Shown piece after piece: positions 39,634 through 53,011 of a DNA stretch of 64,000 bases. The stretch is taken from assembly GCF_009914755.1 (NCBI RefSeq), contig NC_060939.1; one strand, given 5' to 3'. The stretch is from the human T2T-CHM13v2.0 reference genome, Homo sapiens. Positions within the stretch are counted from its first letter, which is position 1. The number at the start of each line of letters is the position of its first letter. The position numbers were made by a program, and so were the translations under genes. The notes under the pieces were generated by a model. The model was not told the DNA's origin. It saw only the letters and a program-made list of their open reading frames with translations, and searched no databases.

Positions 39634-41479
39634 TCATCAGAATACTGGTATCTATTCGATAGATGAGCTAACAAATCGTCTCTTGAAAGTGATCTGGTTA
39701 TCAGTGATCCTTACCTCATTGACTTTTGTCAACAGTAGATATTCCTTGTTTGCACATACTGCATCTGCAATAAATGGTTGCTAAAAATTATTTTTAAATC
39801 TCTTATATTTGGAGGACAAGTTAATAATTTACAACTCCTTAATTAGGATCTATTTTGACCAGGTCTTTCCAACTGAGGAAAAATATCAATTGTAGCAATT
39901 AAAAATGTAAAATTCTTATTCTTTGATTGTTTCAATAGTTAAAGCCTTAGACTTTGGGAATTAGAAAAAGTCTTTGGTAAAAATATCTAACTTGGAAAAG
40001 CTGTGGGTGTGTTGTATATGCGTGTGTGAGGTGTGTGTATCTCAGGTTTGGTGTAGCCATAGAAAGATGTGTATATGTATTTATAGCTCTTGTTTTTTGG
40101 CCATAATACATATAGTGTCTACAGTTAAAAATGTTCTGAAGAAAATAGCACATTTGAATGTTAGATACAACCTCCTTTCGCTTTAAACAATTTCTCCAGT
40201 TGAGCATGACTTTTTCGTGTTGAATCCTCTGAGATTCACTTACAGCATGTTTTGTCAGCCTGTCAAGAGTGAAGAACTCTTAATTTAGGCATGATCTCCC
40301 ACTACATATTTGGATTCCCCAAACCGAGTCACATTTAGTAAAAGGATCCTGAAGCCTATACAAGCAGACAGAAACTTCAGTAAACAAGTAGAAGATCTAG
40401 CATTTTAGCTAGGCAGTCCTACATTTCAAAGAAACATGTTCCCAGCAGAAAACACATTATTTATATGGTGGTCTTGACAAAAAGTCAGTTTATCAACACA
40501 TGGCACAATATATAATTTTCCTGATTTTCTGAAATCTTGATGTTTTCCAAAATTCAGTCTTCTGTTAGAGACGCACATTGAATTACAGTCATAGTTTCTC
40601 TGATTAAGAACAAAAACAAAACAAAAATCAGATGAAGAAGTGAAAAAAGAGAATGGAAAAGAAATAGGAAGATTATTTCTTAGGAATGTGTGCAAGTGTG
40701 GCACCCCATTCACAATCTAAATGTTTCTTAAGCCCCTTCAAATTAGAACATGGGTTAGAATAAAAGTGAATACTCTTGCCTTTGAGAGGTTTACATTTTA
40801 AATAATGAAGAGAGAGTAACATTTCATTGCATAGTGGTATATGGCATTTGGATTTTTAAAAAATGTTCCAGGTCTCTAAATCAGGAAAATGATATAGCTA
40901 TTAGGGAAAGGGAGAGGCTTCTTTCCCTAGCAGCTGGTCATTATATGATATATGTATTTGCTTATATTGAAGATAAAGATACAATGTCAGTGTTTCTATA
41001 TAACTGGAAGAATAAAACCACATCCCCAAAGGCTGGAACACCAAAAGGACCTTATTTAACAAATAGGCCCTTAATTCAAAAGCTTTAGCTTTCTTGTTGT
41101 AGTGTTGTTCAGGGAATGACTAAGAAGAGTCACACAGATTTTAAAGATAAAGTTTAGTAACATTTAGTTAAACTGAAAAGAAAATTCCTTTTAGAATTTT
41201 GGTTGGAATTAGATTGCAGTTATTTAATAAATAGGAATACTGAAAAGTTTAAAATTTTTTCTTTTTAGACAAGGTCAAGCTATTTCTTCCCATTTATTCA
41301 TGTTTTATTTTGTGCTCCTTAAAAGAGGCGTAAGGTTTTCTTAATTTTAGGTTTATTTCCAATTATTTATTTTTGTTGTTGCTATTATTGATTTCTGTCT
41401 TAAACTGTCTGCTTGTTTGCGTAAATTTCATTAAAAATACATTTAAGAATAAAGATATTTTTAAAAAGAAAATATAGTA

Positions 41480-42760
41480 AAGCTTGACTAACTTTAGCAT
41501 ATAGTAAAATATTTCATACAGGTACAATAATTAAACCAATTTGGTTGTGGGACTAAAGAATACACAGATCAAAAGAATAGAATAGAGAGTCCAGAAATGA
41601 ATCTAACTGCATATGGGAATTTAGTAATTTATAAAACTAGCATTTCAAATTAGTGAAAGGAAATGTGTTTCCCCTTAAAATGCATTGGATCAACTCAATT
41701 GCCATTTGGGAAAAATAATAAAGGTAGATCTCCACCTTACCTCCTAAACCACACAACAAAGCTAAATAAATAAAAGATTCAAAAGTTGAAACCTTAAAAT
41801 GAAGAAAATTTTATTAGATTTTATTATAAATTAAAAGATAATGCTTTCCTAAGCATGACACATGTGCATGAAAGGAAAATAAAAATCAAAGCACATAAAA
41901 GTTAAAATTTTTAGATGGCAAAATATCACAAAGTAGAACTACAAATAACAAACTGAAAAAAATTATGACAGATAAAGAATAATTTCATCAATGTACAATG
42001 AGTTTTTATACATCAGTGTAAAAGGCAATCAAATAAAAAAAAGGACAAAACATTCCAGAAGGTAATCCTCCAGAAAACAAAAACAAATGGCTAAACAAAG
42101 GAAAAGATGTTAACTTTGTTCATTCTGAATAAATGCAAAATTCAACAGAGTTTTATAACTTTTTTCTCTAAGATTGTCAATGTTTTAAAATTTTATTATA
42201 AACATCGTTAATGAGTACATGGAGAGAAAGGCATTTTACTCTTGTAGGAGTGAAAATTGGTGTAAAATTTGGACAGTATCTTAGCTATATGTATTAAAAG
42301 CATAAATTCATATAACTTTTGACATAGAAATTCAAATTATCCTACAGTTATATTAGCAGAAGTGTTGAATGACCAATTTCAATATATGTATTCAGTACAG
42401 CTTGAAAAGTCTAGTAAAGATCATGTTATACATGTATATAAGCCCAGATAAACCAATGATGGTGGAAAACTAAGCTTTCATTAAAATATTAAATGTGTAC
42501 ACATGCATTGATTTACAGTGGCGTCTAGGATACTGATAAGTACAACAAGCAAGTTGCAGAGTAGTGGGTATAGTAAGAATTTATTTTTGTATAATATATA
42601 TCTGCATAGTTGCCAGGGTCTATGTGTGGGATGGACAGTGTGATTACAAGGAGATAATATGAGAGAGTTCTCAAAGAGGATGGGATTCTTCTGAATTCTA
42701 ACTGTTTTGTGCCCTAAATGTGGTAGTGATTACACAAATATAGCTAAACACGCACACGTC
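41480..42760 (+). mobile_element. Old L1ME-like ORF2 3' part and 3' UTR
   Basis: acagatcaaaagaatagaatagagagtccagaaat; caaatggctaaacaaaggaaaagatgtt. Confidence 0.7.
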
Positions 42761-42792
42761 TGTGTGTATATTATACGTATCTCCATATAACT

Positions 42793-44035
42793 GAGAGTAA
42801 CATCAGCAAGATGGCAGACTTGGAGGCTCTAGGACCTTATTTCCTCATGGAAACACTAAATAAACAACTAGAAACTAACTAAAGTAATTTTACAGGTGTT
42901 CTGGAAATCAGCCAAAGATCTATAGCAACCAAATAGACCCTTAATGAAGGGGAAAAAAAGCCACACTTGAAATGGTAGGAAAATTTTATAGCATTTTTAT
43001 TTACCATTGCCTGTCTCTTGTGTGGCATGTAACAGGAAAAAAAACAGACTTCATGTTAAAACTGTTACATGACACAAAGAAGGACATTATATAATGATAA
43101 AAGGATCAATTCATGAAGAAAATACAGCAATTGTAAACATATATGCACCAAACAGCAGAGCTCCTAAATATGTGAAGCAAACATTTATAGAACTGAATGG
43201 AGAAATATATGTATCTACAATAATAGTAAGAGACTTTAATACTCCATTTTCAATAATGAATACAAAAACCAGAGGGGAGATCAGTAAGGAAATAGAGAAC
43301 TTGAACAGCACTGTAGACCAAATGGACATAACAAGCATTTAAAAAACACTCCAGGCAAAAATAGCAGAATACACATTCTTCTCAAGTGCACATGGCTAGG
43401 ATGTGGAGAAACTGAAATTCTTTTGTGCTGTTGGTGGGAATGTAAAATGATATATCCACTATGAAGAACAGTATTGTGATTCCTCGAAAAATTAAAAATA
43501 TAATTATCATACTATTCATTAATTCCACTTTTGGATATCTACCCAAAAGATTAAAAGCAAATACTTAAAGAGATATTTGTACACTCATATTCATAGCACC
43601 ATTATTCACAATAGTCAAAAGGTGAAAGCAACCCAAGTGTCCACTGGCAAATGGATAAATTAACACAATAGAATATTATGCAGCTTTCAATATTAAGGAA
43701 GTTTGGACACATGCCACAACGTGGGTGAAACTTGAAATGAGCCAGTCACATAAAGAAAAATATTGTATGATTCCACTTATCTAAGATATGTAGAGAAGTC
43801 AAATTTATAGAGGCCAAAGTAGAATGGTTGTTTCCGGGACTGAGGCAAAGATGTGATGAAGAGTTGTCAATTAATAGATATAAAGTTTCAGGTTATCAAG
43901 ATGAAAAAATTTTGGAAATGGATCATGATTATTGGCTGCACAACACTGTAAATGTGCTTTATTCCAGAACTGTACACTTAAAAATGGTTAAAATAGTAAG
44001 TTTTATATGTACATTTTACCACAATGAAAAAGCAC
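42793..44035 (+). mobile_element. L1M(B)-type element: 5' UTR, endonuclease fragment and 3' end joined by internal deletions
   Basis: cagcaagatggcagac 5' end; ORF 43094..43342 has L1 EN motifs (NIYAPN, DFNTP); L1MB-type 3' UTR. Confidence 0.75.
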
Positions 44036-44288
44036 AAAATCATTGATCTATAAAGACAAAAAGGAAATTCATTTTATTGCATAAAAATATAAAAGCATAT
44101 TTATATGCATATTGCTAAAAATATAAAACTAAACTACCATTAATGTCTGTATCTCTGGAATAGGAAAATAGACCTGGGATGGGCTTGGATACTGTCACTG
44201 TTCATTATAAATCTTGTTTCTTGTTTTAATTATCATGAACATATTTTATTTAAGAATGAAACATAGTAATTTAAAATATCCCCCCCTC

Positions 44289-44583
44289 AGCCAGGAATGG
44301 TGGCTCATGCCTATAATTCCAGCACTTTGAGAGGCCAAGGCAGGAGGAAGCCAAGAGTTTGAGATCAGCCTGAGCCACAGACCCCCATCTGTACAAAACA
44401 AACAAACAAAAGAAGCCAGGTGTGGTGACACATGCTTGTGGTCCCAGCTACTTAGGAGGCTGAGGTCAAAGAATGACTTGAGCTCAGGATTTTGAGGCTG
44501 CAATTAGCTGTGTTCATTCCACCGCACTCCAGCCTGGGTGACAGAGAGAGACCTCATCTCTACAAAAAAACAAAACAAAAAAA
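44289..44583 (+). mobile_element. AluJ
   Basis: J-type right arm (gaggctgcaattagctgtg). Confidence 0.9.
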
Positions 44584-45390
44584 GTGATCTATGTCTCAGC
44601 AATGTGCATTATTCTTATTTGCATCGAACCAGACAGGGCTCAGTGTGAACTCCACTCTGAGAGGCTGCCTTTCAAATGATGGAGCACTTAGGAAAATATT
44701 GTTTTTCTTTCTTATAGATTTAGAATAGAAGTAATGCTTGCCTTGGGAGATATATGGAATTGTGCCTAGTGTGTGTATGTGTGTTTCTGTGTACCCATGC
44801 ACACATACATGCTTATTCATGTGTGTATGTGGGCTTCCATGCATCTCTGGAAGCCAACAGTTATCAACCAGAAATTGGAAACTTAAAGACGTCTGTCTGC
44901 CTCTAAGCTGGGTAAGGACACTTGTGAAAGGACAGAACACAAATTGCCTACTCTGCATTCTTCTGCTGAACTTAAAATGGATTCTCCAGCACCTCAACTC
45001 TTCTTTATGGCATTGAGTTGCAACCACAAACTGTTCTGTTAGAGCCTCCCTAGGCAGCGTTCTAGACAAAAAATTCAGACTTGGGCAGACATAAAAGTGG
45101 CAAAAGGGTAATAAATTTCGAGATGAGGCCAGTTCCTGCTGAACGGAGCTTCTTGAAAGGCAAATGGAGATTTGCATTGCAGAGTATATAACAGTGGTTC
45201 CTAGGACAATCTTTTTGGGGACAAATTTGCAACAAAACCTGATAATAGTGTAGTAGTTGAATTCATGTGTACAGTCTAGATTGGAGCAATATCATTTGAC
45301 AGTATTGGTGAGTTTCTTGCGCAGGCACAGACGAGCCATTGTCAGGCTGGTCAGATTCAATAAAATACATTCAGTTAAAAGAAGGGCCCA

Positions 45391-45690
45391 GGCCAGGCGT
45401 GGTGGCTCACGCCTGTAATCACAGCACTTTGGGAGGCTGAGGCGGGCGGATCACAAGGTCAGGAGTTCGAGACCAGCCTGGCCGATATGGTGAAACCCCC
45501 ATCTCTACTAAAAATACAAAAATTAGCCAGGCATGGTGGCAGGTGCCTGTAGTCCCAGCTACTCAGGAGGCTGAGGCAGAATAGCTTGAACCCAGGAGGC
45601 AGAGGTTGCAGTGAGCCGAGATCGCTCCACTGCACTTCCAGCCTGGGTGACAGAGCAAGACTCCGTCTCAAAGAAAAAAAAAAAAAAAAA
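45391..45690 (+). mobile_element. AluSg-like
   Basis: Alu dimer; TSD aa..gggccc. Confidence 0.95.
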
Positions 45691-46420
45691 GGGCCCTAAG
45701 ATGGTCTTGGATGACAGGACTCACATTCTTTGCTGGGCCTTTGCTGCTTGACCTGCCAGACTACTGAATACCTGCTCTGCATTTCTCCCATAAGACAAGG
45801 CAGATCTAGTTCCTTGGGGACTACAGCCTTCCTTGACATAGCCTACTGCAGTGTCACACACCCAGGCTGCAGTGGCAAGGGCTGTGACTTCCTATTCTTT
45901 TCTAGGCATGTACATCCTCCTCCTCTTCCTCTCTACTGGCCTAAAGGTAGCCAGGATGTGTCAATAAAGTTTCCTTTTGTTTTACTCATACTTGCTTAGT
46001 CTTTGCTCTCTTTAGTTAGGAAGAGCAACTAAAGTTAGTAGAGTTAGTAGAGTTTCAAATTCTACTTTGGAAAAATGAAATGCATGTTTAACCAATATTA
46101 AAAAAAAAGAATCCTTGAGGCCAAAATAGCAACCTTAGGAACTAGGGTATGGCATACAACTCTGTTTTGTTGTTGCTGCTATTGTTTTGGTCACCTTGGG
46201 GGTTTTCTTTCTCCTGCGTATTAACCCCTTGACTCCACAAACTCTTACACCAGGGGTGAGCTCTTGATTCCGCCTGGACAAACATAGCACCCCTTTCCTC
46301 TGAACACATGACTCAGTGTTATATTATATGTGTTTATTTTTATTGATTTAACAAACATAAAGCATGCTTATTATGTGTCAGGCACTATTGTAAGCATTCT
46401 ACAAATATTAACTAATTTAA

Positions 46421-46893
46421 TACTGAAAATAGCAGAAAGTTGAATCCAGTCCATGTGGTACAGGGGACTCTAATGAAGAAATTACTTCCTGAGTTGTGGA
46501 TAGAGCAAAAGGGAAAAATCAGGGATATGAGGCACTCAGAGACTAGCAAGAGTGGACAGGCTTTGCCACTTCCAAGCCTAAAGAGGCACGAATGGAAGTT
46601 GTGTTAGCAAAGAACAGTGAGAGCTGGGGCCATGCAGATGGGCCTCTCTTTGGGAGCTGTGTTCCTGGAAGGACACAGCCAGTGCCAGCAATCCGGCCCA
46701 CAGTAGGAAGAAAGAAATACCACAGTCTCTGCCTCTTGTTGTCCTCCAGTCTTCTCTCAGGACCTCCCAGTGGTCAAGCCCAATTTGAAGCCAGTTGGCC
46801 AGGTAGCCAGGGTGATACAATACGCAGGAGTCAGCCTCTCTGGGAACAAAACAGAGTAAAGAATGGACCGCAGCAAATGAAAATAACCAGTGA
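46421..46893 (-). mobile_element. LTR33-like ERVL solo LTR
   Basis: gaagccag...ggagtcagcctctctgggaacaaaacagag resembles LTR33. Confidence 0.55.
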
Positions 46894-48859
46894 ACATTCA
46901 AACCATTTTAGTAATTAAGCAGAGACAAATAAAAATAATAAGTAAACATTAATTATTTTTATTCTACCTCTAACTTTATAAACCACCCACATTAACCCTT
47001 ATAAAAAACTGAAGTCATAAACTAGACAAATGTCTAGATTCCAGCTGTTAGAATTCAGCAGAGCATTCAAACATCACAGAAAGAAACTCAGGAAGCCAGC
47101 TGGCTGGGCAAAGATTTTACATTTACTATTTCTTTTTGCCAGATAATTCTACGGTAATCCACAGACTTCCCTCACACCAGCCCAGCCTATGATATTGATA
47201 CTTAAGGAATAAAGAGCTGTTTATATTTTGGTGGGGAGCTCATACTATCAATTTGCACATTAGTGAGGCCAGCTATTGCTCTCTTCTTGGGATCTATTGA
47301 GTGGCGGCTGGAGAGATATCTGCTGAAAAAAAAAAGAAAAACCTTAGCTGTCTGATGAAATGTTTTAAATGCATAGGGTTCACCTTGGGGTTGGCTGCCG
47401 TTCAGATTTTATCCATTAATAACACACAGGGCTCCCTCTGTACTCTCCAGGGCTGATAGGAAAAATAGTACTACTTACAGGTCCTTGCTTTGCCTGAGGG
47501 AGGATATTCCAAATGCTGGTTGTGCTTCATGTACACACACGCATGTTTGTATGCACATCTGCTCGGCTCACATGCATGCAATGGTGCTTCCTGATTTTTT
47601 TTTTCAAATAAAATGACACAGAGGATTTTCCCATTTTGAAACATCTTAGAAAGGACAATATGTGGGTCAAAGTGAATGTGTAAGTTTATGTTTTATCGTG
47701 ACACCCAGAGCTCTAAAGCATCTTCATTCATTTTAAGTCATTTGGTATTATGTTTGGAAATGGAAAGGGAAGCCTTCAAACTGTTGTCTTCTTTCAGTTT
47801 TTGCCCGATTCAACCTTCAGCTGACATTTAATCCTAAAGGGAGAAAATGAGAATTGCTACAAGAAACCAACATAAATGTATTACTTTTAAGTGTTGTCTA
47901 TCATTTATTTTATTTTATTTTTTTAACAAACTGCCCTTTTTATTCCCTCTCACTCTTTCTTTGAAACATTTAGAGAAAAGGGTGTTTAAATCAAAGTCAC
48001 TAATTTCTGCCACAAGTCAGTCTTCAGATGCAACCTGCTGTTAAGAATTTGGCATCATTTTGTTAAGAAAAGATTCCCAGCACAATTGTCTGAACATAGA
48101 TGATGGAGATGTCTGAGCTTTGTGAATCAACGATTTGCTATGGAGAAGGGTCATTTTATTGTTAAGATTATGGGTCATTAGTGTATAAATGCATGTCAAT
48201 GGAAAGAAATACATAAGTGAGGGGTTTGGAGGGTATAGAAGATCCCTGAATTGTTTCCTGAAGAGTTTTGCTACACAATTACATTTAAAATAAGAAGGGG
48301 AAAAATAAGAAGTGGAAAATTTTAGCATTTAGTAAGTGAGAAGTAATTTACTCATTTTTTTTTCTATCTCCAAAACCCAAGTGCTTCAAGTTGATTAAAA
48401 ACTTTTCTATCAAGTCATTCTATACTGAATCTAAACTACTCCATTAGCTTTAAAGGAATGTGGAACTGAAGCAAAGAGGTGTCCCCACTTCCATTCTCCA
48501 AAATGAAATTGATCATCTTAGGAAACTGTATCAAACACTAAAGAAATTGTCAACCTTCAACAATCTGTGTTGGAGTAAGTATTTTAATTCATATTATTTA
48601 CTCTAAAATATTAGTCTTGAAGTGAATTGCCACAATGTTACCAAGATAAGCCCCTGAATCCACAGGGGCTAGAAAGAATTGACTCCACAACCAAAATTGC
48701 TGTGGAGTCAAGGCTTAATAAATACATATTCCCTAATTAACTAAACTTTGTAAAGATGTTAAACAATGCTGATGCCTTAATAATTGTTTCTACACCTATA
48801 GCTCATTTATTTTTATATGTTATTTCTATTTTTTCCCATAACTTGAGTAAAAGGGACAT

Positions 48860-49025
48860 TAGACTTTGACATTCTTGGCTTTCAGATTAACCATGTGACT
48901 TGGGCAAGACACTTAGCCTATTTAGGTATTGGGGGGCTTTGTTTGCTTTTTATTAGTACAATAAAGACAGTAAATACTTCATCATGGTTATGTGAGGATC
49001 AAGTGAACTGAAACATATTTGTGCT
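48860..49025 (+). mobile_element. MIR
   Basis: tgtgacttgggcaagacacttagcct...tgtgaggatcaagtga. Confidence 0.65.
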
Positions 49026-49560
49026 TTTTAAAAAGTTTTAGGTGTGAGAGATAATTACACTGATGACATAGCATGATGACAAAATTTTATTTCTAGATCC
49101 AGTCTTTCTACCATCTCAAAAGTCATAAAAGACACTAGAGCAATAACCATATCATTAGAACAATGGTAAAAGGACAGGCACCAAATGACAAAACAATGAG
49201 CATTCAATTTAAATCAAAGAAAATCTGACTTAAGGGTGGCTGAAGACAGTGGTGGCAGCCCACTGCATGCCTCCTTAATACAGTACAAAACAGACAAAAT
49301 AATAAAGAAAAATAGACTGTACTTGAAAATCACATCCTCTGCATAACTTGAGGAAAGACGATGTACAATCTTTCAAATCACTCTAATTTAAAAAAAAAAC
49401 AAAAGTCAATGATTTCCTGCCAGACCTCCACCCAAAGTAATGCCCCATTGTGGGGAAAGACAGAAGATGAAAGGCTGTGGAGGGGCCTAAACTTGAACTT
49501 AAACTGCTTCAGGAAAACAAGGTCTTCCCTAAGTCTGAAAAGTATCTGAGTGGATCCAGG

Positions 49561-50321
49561 TGATTTGGACAGGAGACAGGGAAATACTGGGTAGAAGAGG
49601 GTGGATCCCTGGCAAAGGCCCCACCTTCAAGCCTAGAAACCAGTGGCCCTAAATGGGAACAGGTATTCCTTTTTTCACACCCAGAAGTTGCCTTTTGGCC
49701 TGCCATGCCCCACTATCCTGACCAATATAAACCCCAAACCTCAGGCTCCAAGGGCAGATGAACAGAAGAGCAGAAGAATGGTAGAACAGTGTGGCAGAGA
49801 AGGAGAGAAAAGAAGGAGTATCTGAAAGTCAAGAGGAGGTCGTCTGGGGACAGTCAGAGAGGAGATCAGCCAATGGACAGCCAAATTCCAGGGGAAGATC
49901 ATCTTCCCACTCCATCCCCTTTCCAGTTCCCCATCCATCCTACTGAGAGCCACCTCCACCACTCAATAAAAGCCCTGCATTCACCATCCTTCAAGTCTGT
50001 GTGTGACCTGATTCTGCCTGGATGCCAGACAAGAACCAGAATACCAAGAGGGCACTGAGCTGGTTAACACTTAAGCCGTCTGCAGACAGCAGAGCTAAAA
50101 GACAACTGTATCACACCCAATGTGGCTTTGGGAGTCACAGGCACCCACCCCTAGGTGCTACCATGGGGCCAGAGCCCAGAAGCGCTTGCCCCCACTCCTG
50201 CACCTGCCCATCTGTGTGATCCCTGTCCCTTAAGGTGTTCGAGCACCCATGGTAGCTGAACAGACAAGCCACATCCCCGTTGCACATCTTGCAATGGGAG
50301 TCAGGGAACTCTCCTATTTCA
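49561..50321 (+). mobile_element. LTR1-family ERV1 solo LTR
   Basis: ggacaggagacagggaaatactgggtagaagaggg...aataaaa...gggaactctcctatttca; TSD CAGG. Confidence 0.85.
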
Positions 50322-50501
50322 CAGGCATGGGCTATAAGCAAAGGTTTCAAAATATGTGCAAATTAAAGTGGTAGGCTGAATTTAACAGAGCAAGCATAAT
50401 TTAAAAGGATAGGTGTGATTTAAAGTGGCATAGATTTGAGGAGGGAAAAGAAGAAGAAAGAAGCACAATTTAGCAACAGTAATGAAGAATAAAAAGAGTA
50501 A

Positions 50502-50826
50502 GGCTGGACAGGTGCAATGATTCACGCCTGTAATCCCAGCACTATGGGAGGCCGAGGCGGGTGGATCACCTGAGGTCAGGAGTTCAAGACCAGCCTGGCC
50601 AGCATGGTAAAACCCTGTCTCTACTAAAAATACAAAAATTAGCTGGGTGTGGTGGCAGGCACCTGTAATCCCAGCTACTCAGGAGGCTGAAGCAAGAGAA
50701 TTACTTGAACCCAGGAAGTGGAGGTTGCAGTGAGCCAAGATCGCACCATTACACTCCAGCCTGGGGGACAAGAGCGAGACTATGTCTCAAAAATAAATGA
50801 ATAAATAAATAAATAAATAAATACAT
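50502..50826 (+). mobile_element. AluSq-like
   Basis: ctgggggacaagagcgagact; (AAAT)n tail. Confidence 0.95.
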
Positions 50827-50874
50827 AAAAAGTAAGGTCTTACCAGACAAAAGAGAACCATAAAATTGAAATGC

Positions 50875-51183
50875 AGCCAGGTGCAGTGGCTCACGCCTGT
50901 AATCCCAGCATTTTCGGAGGCCGAGGTGGGCGGATCACCTGAGGTCAGGAGTTCAAGACCAGCCTAGCCAACATGGTGAAAGCCTGTCTCTACTAAAAAT
51001 ACAAAAATTAGCTGGGCATGGTGGCGTGTGCCTGTAATCCCAGCTAGTCTACTTGGGAAGCTGAGGCAGGATAATCGCTGGAACCCAGGATGCAGAGGCT
51101 GCAGTGAGCCAAGATCGTGCCACTGCACTCCAGCCTAGGCGAGAGGGCAAAACTCCGTCTCAAAAAATATATAAAAATAAAAA
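50875..51183 (+). mobile_element. AluSx-like
   Basis: Alu dimer; TSD aaaattgaaatg. Confidence 0.95.
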
Positions 51184-52664
51184 TAAAAATTGAAATGTTT
51201 GCAATCTCCTCTCCAAACCACAGAAACAAACAGAAAAGACCAGCCAAAATATCTGGACTTTCCTTAAAAAGCTTTAGTTGTGAGAGATAATTACACTGAT
51301 GACAACATAGCATGATGACAAAATTTTATTTCTAGTTCCAGTCTTTCTACCATCTGAAAAGTCATAAAAGGCACTAGAGCAACAAGCGTATCATTAGAAC
51401 AATGGTAAAGGGACAGTAGCCAAATGGCAAAACAATGAGCATTCAATTTAAATAAAAGACAATCTGACTTAGAGGTGTTAGATGAGGTTGCTACTAAACT
51501 AGGAATTATACAAAATGTCTACATACCATAAAAACAGACAGATGACTGAAATTCACATGGATCTATTGCAGAAAATCAGGAAACAAAATTTCACACATGA
51601 TAACTGAGGAACATTCCTCTGAGAAGGTGTGGAGGAGGTTTGGAGGAAGAAACAGAACATAAATGTATGTTAGCACTTCAAACAAAAATAAATATACTCA
51701 AACAAGCCATAAGTACATGAAAACCCATCTTGAGTCAGAACTTTAAAAATAAAAACAAAAATGAACAACAACAAAAAAGAAATAAAAAGGGAATTGATTT
51801 AATTAGGGAAAGAAATGGAAGAAAAAGGCAAAACTGTCTCACAAATAAATAATACATTGCAAGGGGCCCAAGGAAGGAAAGACTCAAATAATAATTTTAT
51901 AAGGCATGGAAGAAAGACAGGAAAATAACCAAAAAAGTGAAAATGAAAGGGTCAGTGAGAAAATAGTGAAAGTGGAAGAAAAACAAAGAATAAATAATGT
52001 TTCTTGTATTAGAGTCTCTGAAAACAAACAAATTTAACAATTGAACTCAGCTAATATTTCAAACTATAAACCCAAAAATGTTCCAGAAATAGAAAAAATT
52101 GAAAATTACTAAGATGGTTCACTGGGTATCTGGAAAAGTTAATCTGAAGCTCATTTTTATAGCCTTGATATCTGAAGGATCAATAGATGAGATATAGAAG
52201 CTCACTTTTTTAAATTGCATTTTTGTTTTTCTCATTTTAAATGTTGTTTCATTATTGCCTTACTTTGTATGTTGGTTTAGAAGAATCTGATGCTTGTCTA
52301 TTTCTTTCACCTGTGTAAGTTATTAGATCTTTCTGTCTCGAGGCCTTGGAGACGTCATCTTTGACGTTTAATATTTTTACCATGAATATTAGTTTGGATT
52401 TGATTATTTCACTACTTTGAGTAGAAGGAGAAACACAAACAAATTGCACATAGGAAATAATTATACATGTTTAAAAATAACAAACACACTATATATCAGA
52501 ATCTATGAAGTATATTTAATATAGTGATCAGAGAAAAATTCCTAATACTAAACACATACATTAGTAAAAATTAAAATAAATAAAATTAAATGCCCAGTTC
52601 AGAAACTAGAACAATAAGATAAAACTAAAAGGTACAGAAGAATGAAAGTATTAAAAATAAAGCA

Positions 52665-53011
<347 letters not shown>

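Larger units (their letters stand above)
49028..51477 (+). repeat. Local direct duplication: 49028-49238 and 51264-51477
   Basis: ~210 bp at about 91% by manual alignment (gtgagagataattacactgatgac...aatctgactta). Confidence 0.95.

Noticed and set aside
44596-45177. Longest ORF in the track (193 aa)
   Set aside because: No recognisable domain, runs through TG/CA low-complexity sequence, and has no supporting gene structure.
49072-49228. C box ATGATGA and D box CTGA in the duplicated segment, suggesting tandem C/D snoRNAs
   Set aside because: The spacing is long (~150 nt), with no convincing terminal stem or recognisable rRNA guide; the boxes are short and common.
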